Virus record (IMG/VR): IMGVR_UViG_3300005461_000009
Direction: 5' to 3' (one strand)
DNA: 64,000 bases
Source of the DNA: an uncultured virus (IMG/VR IMGVR_UViG_3300005461_000009)
Lineage: Duplodnaviria; Heunggongvirae; Uroviricota; Caudoviricetes
Under the pieces are notes generated by a model. The model worked only from the letters and a program-made list of their open reading frames with translations, ran no database searches and was not told the DNA's origin. The translations under genes and the position numbers were made by a program. Positions 38,480-47,721 of the stretch are shown here, piece by piece; positions within the stretch are counted from its first letter, which is position 1; the number at the start of each line of letters is the position of its first letter.

Positions 38480-38770
38480 TCATCCAATATAAATTTCTTC
38501 CACATTTTCAATAACATATTTGGGTATTTTATTCTCATCAATAGAGATAAACTGACCACACACAGGACAAATAATTCCATAATCTGTTCCACTATAATCT
38601 GGATACTTGCTCCACCTATGTTTCTTTATATCATCTGAATCAATTTCAAGTTCACTTCCACAAAAATCTTCTTTCTTTCCATATGCAAATCCATATTCAT
38701 CTACGACTCTTTTACATGTTATTTTCATAGGAAATGTCCCAGAAAAATTATTCTCTTTTAATACTTTCAT
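38480..38770 (-). CDS. Hypothetical Zn-ribbon protein
   Basis: C...CGS...CPVCG; bracketed by N6 sites. Confidence 0.65.
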   Translation of the reverse strand: MKVLKENNFSGTFPMKITCKRVVDEYGFAYGKKEDFCGSELEIDSDDIKKHRWSKYPDYSGTDYGIICPVCGQFISIDENKIPKYVIENVEEIYIG

Positions 38771-38808
38771 CTTTTCGCCTTTCTCATCAATTGAAACGGA
38801 AATTTTAT

Positions 38809-39246
38809 CTACAACTCATATTCTTCATTTTCTATTTCTTTAATAGATTTTTTCGCCCACTTTTTTATATCCTTAAATCTCTTTAAAAGAATTTTTTTGC
38901 GCTCCTCTTCATTTATAGATGCTGGCAAATGGTCAACATCATATTCTTCACTATCAAACTTTTCTGGATAATCACCCAATACTTTTCTAATTTCATTTCT
39001 AACCCACAACGGAAGACAATCAGGAATAACATACTCATCTTTATCAGCATATTCTACTTTTTGTAATCCTCCATTTCTATACATACACAAAGTAGCCCCT
39101 AAAAGAGCAAGAGACTCCACATCTCCCATACTCAATTTATGATCCTGATAATTGAATGGAAATGTGCATAAACAACCATATCTATAGTCATCATATCCAA
39201 ACCTAACCACTTTCTTATCTCCTAACGGATATCTTGTTTCTCCCAT
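38809..39246 (-). CDS. Hypothetical protein
   Basis: ATG at 39246 after AAAGGAG. Confidence 0.6.
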   Translation of the reverse strand: MGETRYPLGDKKVVRFGYDDYRYGCLCTFPFNYQDHKLSMGDVESLALLGATLCMYRNGGLQKVEYADKDEYVIPDCLPLWVRNEIRKVLGDYPEKFDSEEYDVDHLPASINEEERKKILLKRFKDIKKWAKKSIKEIENEEYEL

Positions 39247-39280
39247 ATGTTCTATTTCTCCTTTCTTTGAAACTCGTGTT

Positions 39281-39514
39281 TCATTTCCTTTTAAGTTTCT
39301 TATATAAATTATCCCAAAATATCGTCCATACTGCACACCAACAAACGAATAATCCCACATTAATATCTGCGGTTTCCCATTTATTAATATAATAGATTAC
39401 GATAAATGTTATGATGAAAATTAATCGAATTAAGTCTCTCAATTTATTACAATATCCAGTATATAAAGCAGGTGTTCCAGCTAATATAAATGAAAACAAA
39501 ATATATTCCATCAT
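39281..39514 (-). CDS. Small membrane protein
   Basis: Three hydrophobic segments; overlaps the RT stop. Confidence 0.6.
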   Translation of the reverse strand: MMEYILFSFILAGTPALYTGYCNKLRDLIRLIFIITFIVIYYINKWETADINVGLFVCWCAVWTIFWDNLYKKLKRK

Positions 39515-40554
39515 TTTTCTCCTATAAATAATTTTTCTATATATCTATCCATCTCATATCCAAATTTCACACAATTGCCATGTGATATATGATTTTTCCA
39601 AGCATTGTAACTCTCATAAAATTTCTCTTTGCTAAGTTTTCCACACCTCACTAATCCAACCATTTTCTTAAATTTCTTTTTAGCGGCACGTTTATTTTCG
39701 TTCTTCAGCTTTCGGATTACTTTACCACCTGAAGTCACATATGTATGAAAACCACAAAATTTGATTCCATTTTTAAAAGGAATGACCTGAGTCTTACTGT
39801 TTAATTCAAGACCTAATGAATACACAAACTCATAAATAGCTGCTAAACACCATTTCGCATATTCTTTATTTTGTACTATCAAATAAAAATCATCCATATA
39901 TCTACCATAATATTTAACTCCAAGTTCTCCTGTGATAAAGTGATCTAACACTGATAAATATAAAAGTGCAAATACTTGACTAACCTGATTACCTAATGGA
40001 AGTCCTACTCCCTCAGTACTATCAATAAACTTCTCACACAGCCAATACACTTCTTTATTTTCTATAAAATATTTCAAAATATCCTTCAAAATATCGTGAT
40101 TGATATTGTAAAAGAACTTGCTAACATCAGCTTTTATAATCCAACAATCATATCCATACTTCTGATATGCAAGATACATCTGAGCTTTTAAGCAATCCAA
40201 TCCATACAATGTACCTTTGCCAATCTGTCCAGCATAATTTGTTTGAATAAACTCTTTATTCAATCTTGGAATCAGTACATTATCACACAAACTATGCTGT
40301 ACAATTTTATCTACAAACGAACATGCTTTAATGACTCTCTCTTTCGGTTCATATATTATAAATTCATTGTATTTTGATACTTGATATGTTTTAGTTTCTA
40401 ATCTTCTCTTTATTTGATGAATTCCATCAAGAGCTAATACTTGGAATTTTTGACTGCTTTTTGAAAAACCTTTACCTGATTTAGATTTTAAATATGCTTG
40501 ATATAAATTACCGAAATCTACTACTTTTTCAAAATCTGTTTTATCTTCTATCAT
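39511..40554 (-). CDS. DGR reverse transcriptase
   Basis: YEPKER, GKGT, ADVSKFF, GLPLGNQVSQ (GxxxSQ), RYMDDF, FCGF. Confidence 0.95.
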   Translation of the reverse strand: MIEDKTDFEKVVDFGNLYQAYLKSKSGKGFSKSSQKFQVLALDGIHQIKRRLETKTYQVSKYNEFIIYEPKERVIKACSFVDKIVQHSLCDNVLIPRLNKEFIQTNYAGQIGKGTLYGLDCLKAQMYLAYQKYGYDCWIIKADVSKFFYNINHDILKDILKYFIENKEVYWLCEKFIDSTEGVGLPLGNQVSQVFALLYLSVLDHFITGELGVKYYGRYMDDFYLIVQNKEYAKWCLAAIYEFVYSLGLELNSKTQVIPFKNGIKFCGFHTYVTSGGKVIRKLKNENKRAAKKKFKKMVGLVRCGKLSKEKFYESYNAWKNHISHGNCVKFGYEMDRYIEKLFIGEK

Positions 40555-40673
40555 AGTATTTTGTTCCTTTGTATTTATCCTGACATTTTTGAATCAGGAA
40601 AGGTTATTTATTCTTTTGATATCGGGACTCTAATTTCAGTGTTTCTCTTACTTTCATTCGTCTTCCGATCCAG

Positions 40674-40755
40674 AACGGACGCACGCCTTTGTCATTCCAG
40701 TTGCAATCGTTGTAGTTCACATTGCCATTGGAGTTAACGTACTGAACATAGTGGG
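40674..40755 (-). repeat. DGR template repeat (TR)
   Basis: 82-bp ungapped match to 41267-41348; all 15 mismatches are at TR adenines. Confidence 0.95.
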
Positions 40756-40777
40756 TCATACAACAAACAACCTAAAA

Positions 40778-41146
40778 TTATCTCTCTTTATCTTTTGAAC
40801 GCCATGCAATACTCATATATTTCACATCATTTATTTGTTTCTGCCAATATCCTACTGTATCACTTCCAATTAATTTCAATTTCATAGAAAGTTCCACATA
40901 ACAAGACAACTTATCACAACATGAAATTGCTTTTGTTTGTAATTCTTGGCGTTCCGATTTTGAAGTATCCAATTTCAGCCTATTTGCATCAAGCAAATAT
41001 TCATATATATCCATACAGCGATTTTGGATGCGTTTTACCAATGTTAAATGCTTAACTGAATACCTCTTTCGGTTTGATGTAATTGTCATAGTATATTCCA
41101 TAAGATTTATTGCTTTTACAATAACATCCAGTTTCGCTTCGCTCAC
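40778..41146 (-). CDS. avd: DGR accessory variability determinant (Avd-like four-helix bundle)
   Basis: 122-aa basic helical protein between the target and TR; L...A..L..YT, RY..K, W...W pattern. Confidence 0.85.
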   Translation of the reverse strand: MSEAKLDVIVKAINLMEYTMTITSNRKRYSVKHLTLVKRIQNRCMDIYEYLLDANRLKLDTSKSERQELQTKAISCCDKLSCYVELSMKLKLIGSDTVGYWQKQINDVKYMSIAWRSKDKER

Positions 41147-41174
41147 TGGTTTTCCCCGCTCCTTTCAGTCGCTC

Positions 41175-41226
41175 ATCGGCTGCCTACGGGATGCTGACGC
41201 ATTCCTGATTACTGGCTACCCGATGA
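41175..41226 (-). promoter_or_regulatory. GC-rich hairpin downstream of the VR (candidate DGR target-recognition cruciform)
   Basis: GGGATGC-TGAC-GCATTCC inner stem; outer CATCGG/CCGATG. Confidence 0.55.
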
Positions 41227-41247
41227 TTTTTTGCAAGATTCAAAGAT

Positions 41248-42018
41248 TTAAGATTGAAGGATGAAAAACGGACGCACGCCCCAGTCATTCCAGCCGCAAT
41301 CGCCGCAGCGCACATCGCCATCGGAGATAACGTACCGAACATAGCGGGCATCGTTTCTCTTCGGTGTCTGATTAGGATTAGCAAGCCAATACCAATTATC
41401 AATCAATGGAATACTTTCACCAAACTTCATAAGCAACTGAATATTTGGGATTGCTAAAATATCACCTTCAACACTTCCATAATCTTTAAATCCATCCATA
41501 GAAGTCAAATCAAGAGAAATCGGAACAAGTTTATCTCCAAATTCTTTCTTTAAATCCTCAGACAATTCACTATTAATAAGATCATTTCGTACATAAGATT
41601 CTACATAATTATTTGTTTTACCAAACTCTGACTTTTTAAGAATTCCATTCATGAAGTAATATGTACAATCTCCATCCTGTACACTTGTCCAATAATGCCC
41701 GCAAATGAATTTGAACTGTTTTCTCCACTCATTCATATATTCTTCAACTGCATTTCTAAAATCCTGCTCATATCTCTCTGGGTCTCTTTCGTACCAATCA
41801 GGTACAATATCCTGATCGACCTTATATCTCCAGTCTTTTACATTGGTCATTTTATCATTATTTTTAGGAATTAACTCTGCTCTTACAAATGTTTTAGATG
41901 CATTCATGTGAGTATCCTCAATCCCAAGACTCTCTAACAAATCCAAATGACTTTCATTTCCTTCTGGTGCTAAAACAACCCTGTTCTTCAAAATAATTCC
42001 ACTTTTAAAATTACACAT
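41248..42018 (-). CDS. DGR target protein with a C-terminal C-type-lectin-like variable domain
   Basis: WYWL..P...GVRP C-terminus carrying the VR. Confidence 0.9.
   Translation of the reverse strand: MCNFKSGIILKNRVVLAPEGNESHLDLLESLGIEDTHMNASKTFVRAELIPKNNDKMTNVKDWRYKVDQDIVPDWYERDPERYEQDFRNAVEEYMNEWRKQFKFICGHYWTSVQDGDCTYYFMNGILKKSEFGKTNNYVESYVRNDLINSELSEDLKKEFGDKLVPISLDLTSMDGFKDYGSVEGDILAIPNIQLLMKFGESIPLIDNWYWLANPNQTPKRNDARYVRYVISDGDVRCGDCGWNDWGVRPFFILQS
41267..41348 (-). repeat. DGR variable repeat (VR)
   Basis: Encodes RYVRYVISDGDVRCGDCGWNDWGVRP; differs from the TR only at TR adenines. Confidence 0.95.
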
Positions 42019-42079
42019 AATATCTCTCCTTTTCTATTTGTGTGTTTAATATATACTTCTCTTTTTGCACTTGAAAGTT

Positions 42080-42283
42080 TCATTTTATTGACTTCTTGAC
42101 TAAATTTCCGCAACAATATGTACCAACCATGTCAAAAGTCTGTTTACATTTACATTGTTTCTTCTTTACATCATCATCAGACATCCAAACCTGATGTAGT
42201 CTGCACCAATATGTAGGATTTTTGCAGATTTTATTGTCAAGCCCCCTGAATGGGTGTCTTTGGTCTGCTATTTGGTAGGTCAT
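42080..42283 (-). CDS. Hypothetical Cys-rich protein
   Basis: GGAGTG SD. Confidence 0.55.
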   Translation of the reverse strand: MTYQIADQRHPFRGLDNKICKNPTYWCRLHQVWMSDDDVKKKQCKCKQTFDMVGTYCCGNLVKKSIK

Positions 42284-42289
42284 TGGGTA

Positions 42290-42622
42290 TCACTCCAATC
42301 TCTGACCGCATTTGTGGCAATAATTACTCCCACCGACCGGCTCTGTGCCGCAAACGGGGCATTCATAACTATTAAAACCGCAATATGAATCTAAAACCCT
42401 TTTCTTCCCCCTCTGCCTTTCCCTTGTCTCCCAGCATTCCTCGACTGTGCCGATTGCTCGGTATTGCTGGATTTCTTCAAGAGAAGATATGGAAAGAGTT
42501 AGTGCATCCGAAAATTTGCAGAAATCCTCCAATTCTTTATCGCTCATATCCTTTCCCCTAGCAAAATTCATTCTATCTTCACAAAACTTTGCAATTAGTT
42601 TCTTTGCTTCATTCTCCGTCAT
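42290..42622 (-). CDS. Hypothetical Zn-ribbon protein
   Basis: CPVCG..YCHKCGQRL. Confidence 0.7.
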   Translation of the reverse strand: MTENEAKKLIAKFCEDRMNFARGKDMSDKELEDFCKFSDALTLSISSLEEIQQYRAIGTVEECWETRERQRGKKRVLDSYCGFNSYECPVCGTEPVGGSNYCHKCGQRLE

Positions 42623-42891
42623 CCTATCACCTCACACCACAAAATCAAATTTTCATCTTATAATATCTGTTGCTCCAATTAATTCTCCAATTCCAACAAG
42701 AGATGTATTTTCATCACATTTATGAATTTGAAGTTTATCTAATTTTTTATTTTTTTTAATGTTGTAGATTCTGCTACAGTTATATCTTTTGCATTTATAA
42801 AAAATGTAGCGCCACAACATTTACACCTATATACAAAACACTTTTTATCCATCTCTTCTACTCCTATTTAATTATAATTAAAATACGACTT

Positions 42892-43155
42892 TTAAGACTC
42901 ATACAAAATTTTTAAAAACTCTCCAAATGGAAGATATTCTCCCATTGTTATACCAAATTTGTCATAATAAGTTTGTGTAAGTTCACTTAACTCCTTACAC
43001 TTCTGACAAATCTGATCCATCAAAGTTTTGCGTTCAGATTCTAACTTCTCTTTCTTAATTCTCTCATCCTCTTTTGCTTTTCTGATCTGTTGTTCATGTT
43101 TACAATATTCCTGTTCTGTATCGAATACCCTTCCATCATCACTAATATATTTCAT
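42892..43155 (-). CDS. Hypothetical coiled-coil protein
   Basis: GGAGGG SD. Confidence 0.65.
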   Translation of the reverse strand: MKYISDDGRVFDTEQEYCKHEQQIRKAKEDERIKKEKLESERKTLMDQICQKCKELSELTQTYYDKFGITMGEYLPFGEFLKILYES

Positions 43156-43169
43156 AACAATTACCCTCC

Positions 43170-44621
43170 TTATGCACTCAGTTTTCGTTTTCTATAATAA
43201 TGTTCAAAATCCTTTTTCATAAAAAAGAAATTCTTTTTTTGATCCACAAAATATGTATTGTTATCTTTTGCATATTTTGTCAGCCATTCATCCAAATCAA
43301 TATCTTCTTTGTATGAATAAACCACCATTGCTAATAAAGATGGTCTATTTTCAATCTGCAACAGTTTAGAACCATTTTTAATCGTTTTTTTTGCCAAATC
43401 ATCTAATGATTCATTATAAAATTCGATATCATCTTTTATTTCTTCTACATCCATATTTAAATTTTCAGATATAAAAGATTCTAAATCAAAATGCGATTCA
43501 GATTTATTTATATGTAAAAAATCATTAAGTAAAGTTTCCAAAATATGTAATTTATCTTCTATTACCCCTTTATCTTTAGTAGATTTACAACCATCAAGTT
43601 CTGCAAACGAAATATTGCTTGTATACTCTCCACTTCCTTTAACAAGTTCATACTCATGATTGACTTTTACTTTTATTTTTTTTATTTCTTCATAATGCTC
43701 TAAAAACATTTGAAATTTATTATCGTCGAATCCTTTTTTATCAAACCTATCAAAAAGCATAAACCATATAATCGCATTTTTCGCAGAAAATAACACTCCA
43801 GTTTGTGGTGTAACCACTTCCAATAACCTGTCTAAATACAACGAAAAATTATCAAACATATCTTTTGTTGCATTTTCGTTCAAATGCTTACCTATTTTTT
43901 TTGCCTGTTTATTCCAAGATTCAAAAAAATTCAATCCCATAACCGTCTCAGATACCACTTTATCAACTGTTCCATTCTTGTCAGCAGTTTCAGAATAATT
44001 AGCACAGTCATTGAAGAAAGCATGTCCAGACAACTTCTTCACATATTTTGCTGTATTATGCATATAAGCTGATATTTTCTGAGCTACCACCATTGGCCTT
44101 CCAGAATTATACCTGACAATATGTCTGCCCACTTCCTCATCTGTACAATCCAAATGCTTCCTTATATCAACAGGGCAATTATCAAAATCTTCTTTTAACT
44201 TTTCTGGTAAATCTTTATAACCCTTTCCTCTTAAATCATAAGAAATATTTTTATATGTTATTTTACCTTCTTCATCTCTTGTTGCTTCTTGAAATTCAAT
44301 TACATATGGATCAATTTTTCTCCCCAACGCAAATTTACCAGCTTTAAAATTTGCAATGGTAGTAGAACGCTGAAGACCGTCAATCAACCAAAGAATTACT
44401 CCATCTTCTGTGAGCTGTTCACATATTTTGATTGGATCAAAATCTTCATTTTTGATAACAGTAACAATAAAATTATCACGAGTACTATTATCCCATTGTC
44501 CAGATTTTCTTTGTTGTGGATGATTATCTTTTAAATCCCCTCTGCCAATCATCCCACAAAGTTTGGACACCATATAAGTGTCTCTTTTGATCTTATCTCT
44601 CAATAACTTCATAATCTTCAA
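43170..44621 (-). CDS. DUF262/ParB-like N-terminal domain protein
   Basis: QR...W, LIDGLQR, YNSG motifs. Confidence 0.75.
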   Translation of the reverse strand: MKIMKLLRDKIKRDTYMVSKLCGMIGRGDLKDNHPQQRKSGQWDNSTRDNFIVTVIKNEDFDPIKICEQLTEDGVILWLIDGLQRSTTIANFKAGKFALGRKIDPYVIEFQEATRDEEGKITYKNISYDLRGKGYKDLPEKLKEDFDNCPVDIRKHLDCTDEEVGRHIVRYNSGRPMVVAQKISAYMHNTAKYVKKLSGHAFFNDCANYSETADKNGTVDKVVSETVMGLNFFESWNKQAKKIGKHLNENATKDMFDNFSLYLDRLLEVVTPQTGVLFSAKNAIIWFMLFDRFDKKGFDDNKFQMFLEHYEEIKKIKVKVNHEYELVKGSGEYTSNISFAELDGCKSTKDKGVIEDKLHILETLLNDFLHINKSESHFDLESFISENLNMDVEEIKDDIEFYNESLDDLAKKTIKNGSKLLQIENRPSLLAMVVYSYKEDIDLDEWLTKYAKDNNTYFVDQKKNFFFMKKDFEHYYRKRKLSA

Positions 44622-45196
44622 ATCCTTTCTACCAACGGCCTAAGTGGTTTTATTCTCTCATCTGCCAAAATTCTTTTCATAGAATTTTTAAAGTGCTTTA
44701 CCGTTATATGTAATTCTTCGCATATTTCATCAGGTGTACTATTATCAGATAGCAAAAAAGCTATTTTTCTTTGCAATGGAGATAAATTATTAAGATATTC
44801 CTCTACTTCTTTTCTCCATTCTTCCCTCTTTTTCTTTTCAAACACTTCTTTTTCAATAGTAAAATCACCAGCAATAACATCTCTCAATGTAGAACCATCA
44901 TCTTCCCCAATAGGTGCATCAATTGAAACAGCCATTCTGTCTGCTTTACGTTTTTCTCTATTTCGTTTTGTCATTTCTGTTTTTATTTTCTTCGATAAAC
45001 ATGAATAAAGAAATCCATCAAATGATTGAGATGCATCATATCTTCTCATTACATCCACAAACACCTCATTAGCAAGCGAATAAAAATCATCGACATCCTT
45101 ATTTGATAGTCCTCCAAATTTGAATAATATTTTATCAACTGTTTTATGAAGTTTTTTTGCATTGTCAGCATAGTACACATTTAATATCTCTTCCAT
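44618..45196 (-). CDS. Sigma-70-like factor (regions 2 and 4)
   Basis: D.YS.A..VF....RYD....F.GFL; SIDAP; LSPLQRKI...TPDEICEEL HTH. Confidence 0.75.
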   Translation of the reverse strand: MEEILNVYYADNAKKLHKTVDKILFKFGGLSNKDVDDFYSLANEVFVDVMRRYDASQSFDGFLYSCLSKKIKTEMTKRNREKRKADRMAVSIDAPIGEDDGSTLRDVIAGDFTIEKEVFEKKKREEWRKEVEEYLNNLSPLQRKIAFLLSDNSTPDEICEELHITVKHFKNSMKRILADERIKPLRPLVERI

Positions 45197-45378
45197 CTTG
45201 ATACACCTCTCTGAACTATTTTATTTTATAAGTTTTACGCAACACTTCTCCAAAACTCAAATCAATATCTTTCATTGTTTGATGCCTTGTTTCTCTCATG
45301 CATTTAGGACATCTACAATACTTCTCATGTTTGTCTTTAGAAAATGACATAACTCCCACCATAGGGACAAAACATTTC

Positions 45379-45993
45379 TTACAAATCACCATAATCTTCC
45401 ACCTCTCTTATCTCAAAAATTCTATTACTAAGTCTTTTCACCACTTTCTCTACCTTATTTGCCGCCATACTTTCTAAGTTTGATTCCAATATTGATTGTA
45501 CAACTATTAATTCATCTTTTATTTTCCTTCTTTTTTCAAGTACATTTTTCACTAATTTGTATTCTTTATATCCGTCACATCCATTTTTCCATTTGGTTAA
45601 TTCAATCTTATGTAAACAATTTGACAAATCTCTATCGGCATTAGTAAGCATTTGCAACAATTCATTTTTTCGTACAGATGCATCTTTGGCCAAGTCATTA
45701 CAATTCTTTACCCGTTCAATCCAGTTGGTTACTGTATTTGGTACGGTGTAACACGTACTGATAATAATTTCTTCCTTTTCTTCACCTTTATCCTCTTCAG
45801 CCGAAATTTTATCAGGAAGAGGAATTACTTTAAAATGAAATCTTTTCATCGTTTTAGGTAAATTATCTAAAATATTCCTTGCTTTAGAATTTTCAAATTT
45901 CTGTGCCATTTGCTTTGTGCATGTTTCTGGTGTACCATTCTTATCCAAGCGGATATATACTTTTTTATTTGAATTAGCTATCACATAATCCAT
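45379..45993 (-). CDS. Hypothetical coiled-coil protein
   Basis: GGAGGG SD; LHKIE...RRKIKDE. Confidence 0.7.
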   Translation of the reverse strand: MDYVIANSNKKVYIRLDKNGTPETCTKQMAQKFENSKARNILDNLPKTMKRFHFKVIPLPDKISAEEDKGEEKEEIIISTCYTVPNTVTNWIERVKNCNDLAKDASVRKNELLQMLTNADRDLSNCLHKIELTKWKNGCDGYKEYKLVKNVLEKRRKIKDELIVVQSILESNLESMAANKVEKVVKRLSNRIFEIREVEDYGDL

Positions 45994-46103
45994 TCTATCC
46001 CTCCTCTTTATTTTGGTATTTAATCAAACATTATTAACACTTTTCTCTTTTCATTTCCTAAAAATAGGTGCAAAAAATACAGTGTCATTAAACACTGATC
46101 TAA

Positions 46104-46177
46104 TGAATCTGTTGAGACTTGAACTCAAGACCTATCGTTTATGAGACAGTTGCTCTGACCAACTGAGCCTCAGATCC
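46104..46177 (-). tRNA. tRNA with CAU anticodon (Met or Ile2), imperfect
   Basis: GGATCTG acceptor/CAGATTC, D-arm GCTC-AGTTGGTCA-GAGC, loop CTCATAA, T-arm TTGAG-TTCAAGT-CTCAA; one mismatch in the anticodon stem; A at position 8; no CCA. Confidence 0.75.
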
Positions 46178-46361
46178 ATATCTCTTATTAATTATTCTCC
46201 TTTTAAATTCTTGAATTTTTGCAGAACCGCCTGAATTTACCACTTGACCAAAATGATTATAATATGTAAAATACAAGTGAGCGTTCTGCTCTATTATGTA
46301 TAGGCCTATCCGATGGTGCGCCAACACCGTTTGAGGATAGGTCTTTGTGTTTCTGTTGATA

Positions 46362-46414
46362 ATTATACAACAAACGTACGTTCCTTGTCAATAGTTTTCA
46401 GAGAACGTACGTTT
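46362..46414 (-). promoter_or_regulatory. Consensus SigA promoter with two LexA (SOS)-like boxes
   Basis: TTGACA-18 nt-TATAAT; GAAC-GTAC-GTTT inside the spacer and a second inverted copy upstream of the -35. Confidence 0.75.
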
Positions 46415-46435
46415 GCATTTTATTCCAATTGTGGA

Positions 46436-46753
46436 TTATTCTCGTAACAATACTATTTTTTGGAATCCATGTGGTTTTATATTATATATATCTTGCGCTT
46501 CAGTGAATAAATTTAATTGTTTTACAAAATCATTGCATAATGAAGCTGCTGTTTTAACATCTTCAAACATCTTTCTGTATTCCTCTTTCTTTTTGGGAAC
46601 AAATATAACATCTATGTCGTCTTTTTCTTCCAAGTTCTGCAACGCAACTAAAACCTTTGTATTCTTATTGCACTCTCTAACAGCTTCCTCTAATGTCATT
46701 TCTACATACCGCATTACACCGTACCTCCATTTATTCTCCAAAATTGGCATCAT
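46436..46753 (-). CDS. Hypothetical protein
   Basis: GGAGGT SD inside the ORF's 5' end. Confidence 0.6.
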   Translation of the reverse strand: MMPILENKWRYGVMRYVEMTLEEAVRECNKNTKVLVALQNLEEKDDIDVIFVPKKKEEYRKMFEDVKTAASLCNDFVKQLNLFTEAQDIYNIKPHGFQKIVLLRE

Positions 46754-47081
46754 ACACCCTGCGTATTTCTCTTCTCTCTTTCTCGTCTGTTACAACGCCA
46801 ATTTTTCTTTTTATGCGCTGATTGCTTATTACTCTCATTTGTTCACCAAGTAAAACAGAATCCATTTTCAACCCAGTATCAGCACTTTTCTTTATCAGAG
46901 TATGCGTAGGCTGATTAGGATTCTTAAAAATTTTCGTTGAAAATGGCATTACAATAGTTGTTTGGCTATGTAAATTGCCAATGTCATTTTGAATAATAAG
47001 CACAGGTCTAATGCCACCTTGTTCAGAACCAATTGTTCCAAACAAATCGGCTTGTACTATGTCATATCTTTTTATTTCCAT
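46731..47081 (-). CDS. mazF: PemK/MazF-family endoribonuclease
   Basis: RYDI..ADL....GSEQGGIRP.LIIQND.GN; DS.LL.EQ.R.I. Confidence 0.88.
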   Translation of the reverse strand: MEIKRYDIVQADLFGTIGSEQGGIRPVLIIQNDIGNLHSQTTIVMPFSTKIFKNPNQPTHTLIKKSADTGLKMDSVLLGEQMRVISNQRIKRKIGVVTDEKERREIRRVYDANFGE

Positions 47082-47131
47082 CTCGCATCCTCCTTTCATC
47101 TTTATGTAGTAAATCAACTTTTATATTATCA

Positions 47132-47160
47132 ATTATATACTTAACAATATATATTGTCAA
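47132..47160 (-). promoter_or_regulatory. SigA promoter for mazF with an overlapping palindrome
   Basis: TTGACA-17 nt-TATAAT; CAATATATATTG palindrome. Confidence 0.7.
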
Positions 47161-47235
47161 CTATTATTACAAATATTTTTTATATTTTAATTTCTTTATA
47201 TATATGATACTATATATAAAGAAAGGTTGGTTAAT

Positions 47236-47463
47236 ATGAAAATTTCTATACAAAACAAATTAAAAGAAAAAGGAATGACACGATATGAACTGGCAAAACG
47301 TATTGGTGTAACATATCCGACTATTGACAATATATATAAAGGAACATCAACATCTATAAAATTTGAAATACTCGAAGCAATTTGCAAGGAACTAGAGTGT
47401 TCTCCTATAGACATATTAATTTCCGATGATCCAAAAATGCAACGTTTACTAGCGCTTCGTTAA
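47236..47463 (+). CDS. Xre/Cro-family HTH regulator
   Basis: GMTRYELAKRIGVTYPTI...LEAIC..L.C.P.DIL; divergent from mazF. Confidence 0.88.
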   Translation: MKISIQNKLKEKGMTRYELAKRIGVTYPTIDNIYKGTSTSIKFEILEAICKELECSPIDILISDDPKMQRLLALR

Positions 47464-47505
47464 TCCTAATTATAAAATAACAATTCAATAAATCTTATGT
47501 AAATA

Positions 47506-47679
47506 AAACCATAATTCTATTGTATATGATGTGTTAAAAAAATGCCTATTTTCCTATGTTTTTTATTTTTTTGATTTGATAGCTAATTTACAGTTTTATC
47601 CAAGTCTTCCATATTTTTTGCATAGAAATAAGGCTTTTTCTATGTTATATTTTTATCATATACAATAGAATTATGGTTT
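47506..47679. repeat. 25-bp perfect inverted repeat enclosing 124 bp (MITE-like or invertible segment)
   Basis: AAACCATAATTCTATTGTATATGAT ... ATCATATACAATAGAATTATGGTTT. Confidence 0.85.
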
Positions 47680-47691
47680 CTAAAATAAGAT

Positions 47692-47721
47692 AAAAGCGAT
47701 ACAGTGTTCAGTATCGCTTTT
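47692..47721. terminator. Bidirectional rho-independent terminator
   Basis: AAAAGCGATAC-N8-GTATCGCTTTT between convergent genes. Confidence 0.7.

Larger units (their letters stand above)
39511..42018 (-). mobile_element. Diversity-generating retroelement (target-avd-TR-RT order)
   Basis: All four components are present in the Bordetella BPP-1 gene order. Confidence 0.95.

Noticed and set aside
28546..40554. Either RT as a group II intron or CRISPR-associated RT
   Set aside because: No maturase/endonuclease extension or cas genes; motifs and context fit a retron and a DGR respectively
41184..41457. Extra ORFs over the DGR VR
   Set aside because: By-products of the GC-rich VR in other frames and on the other strand
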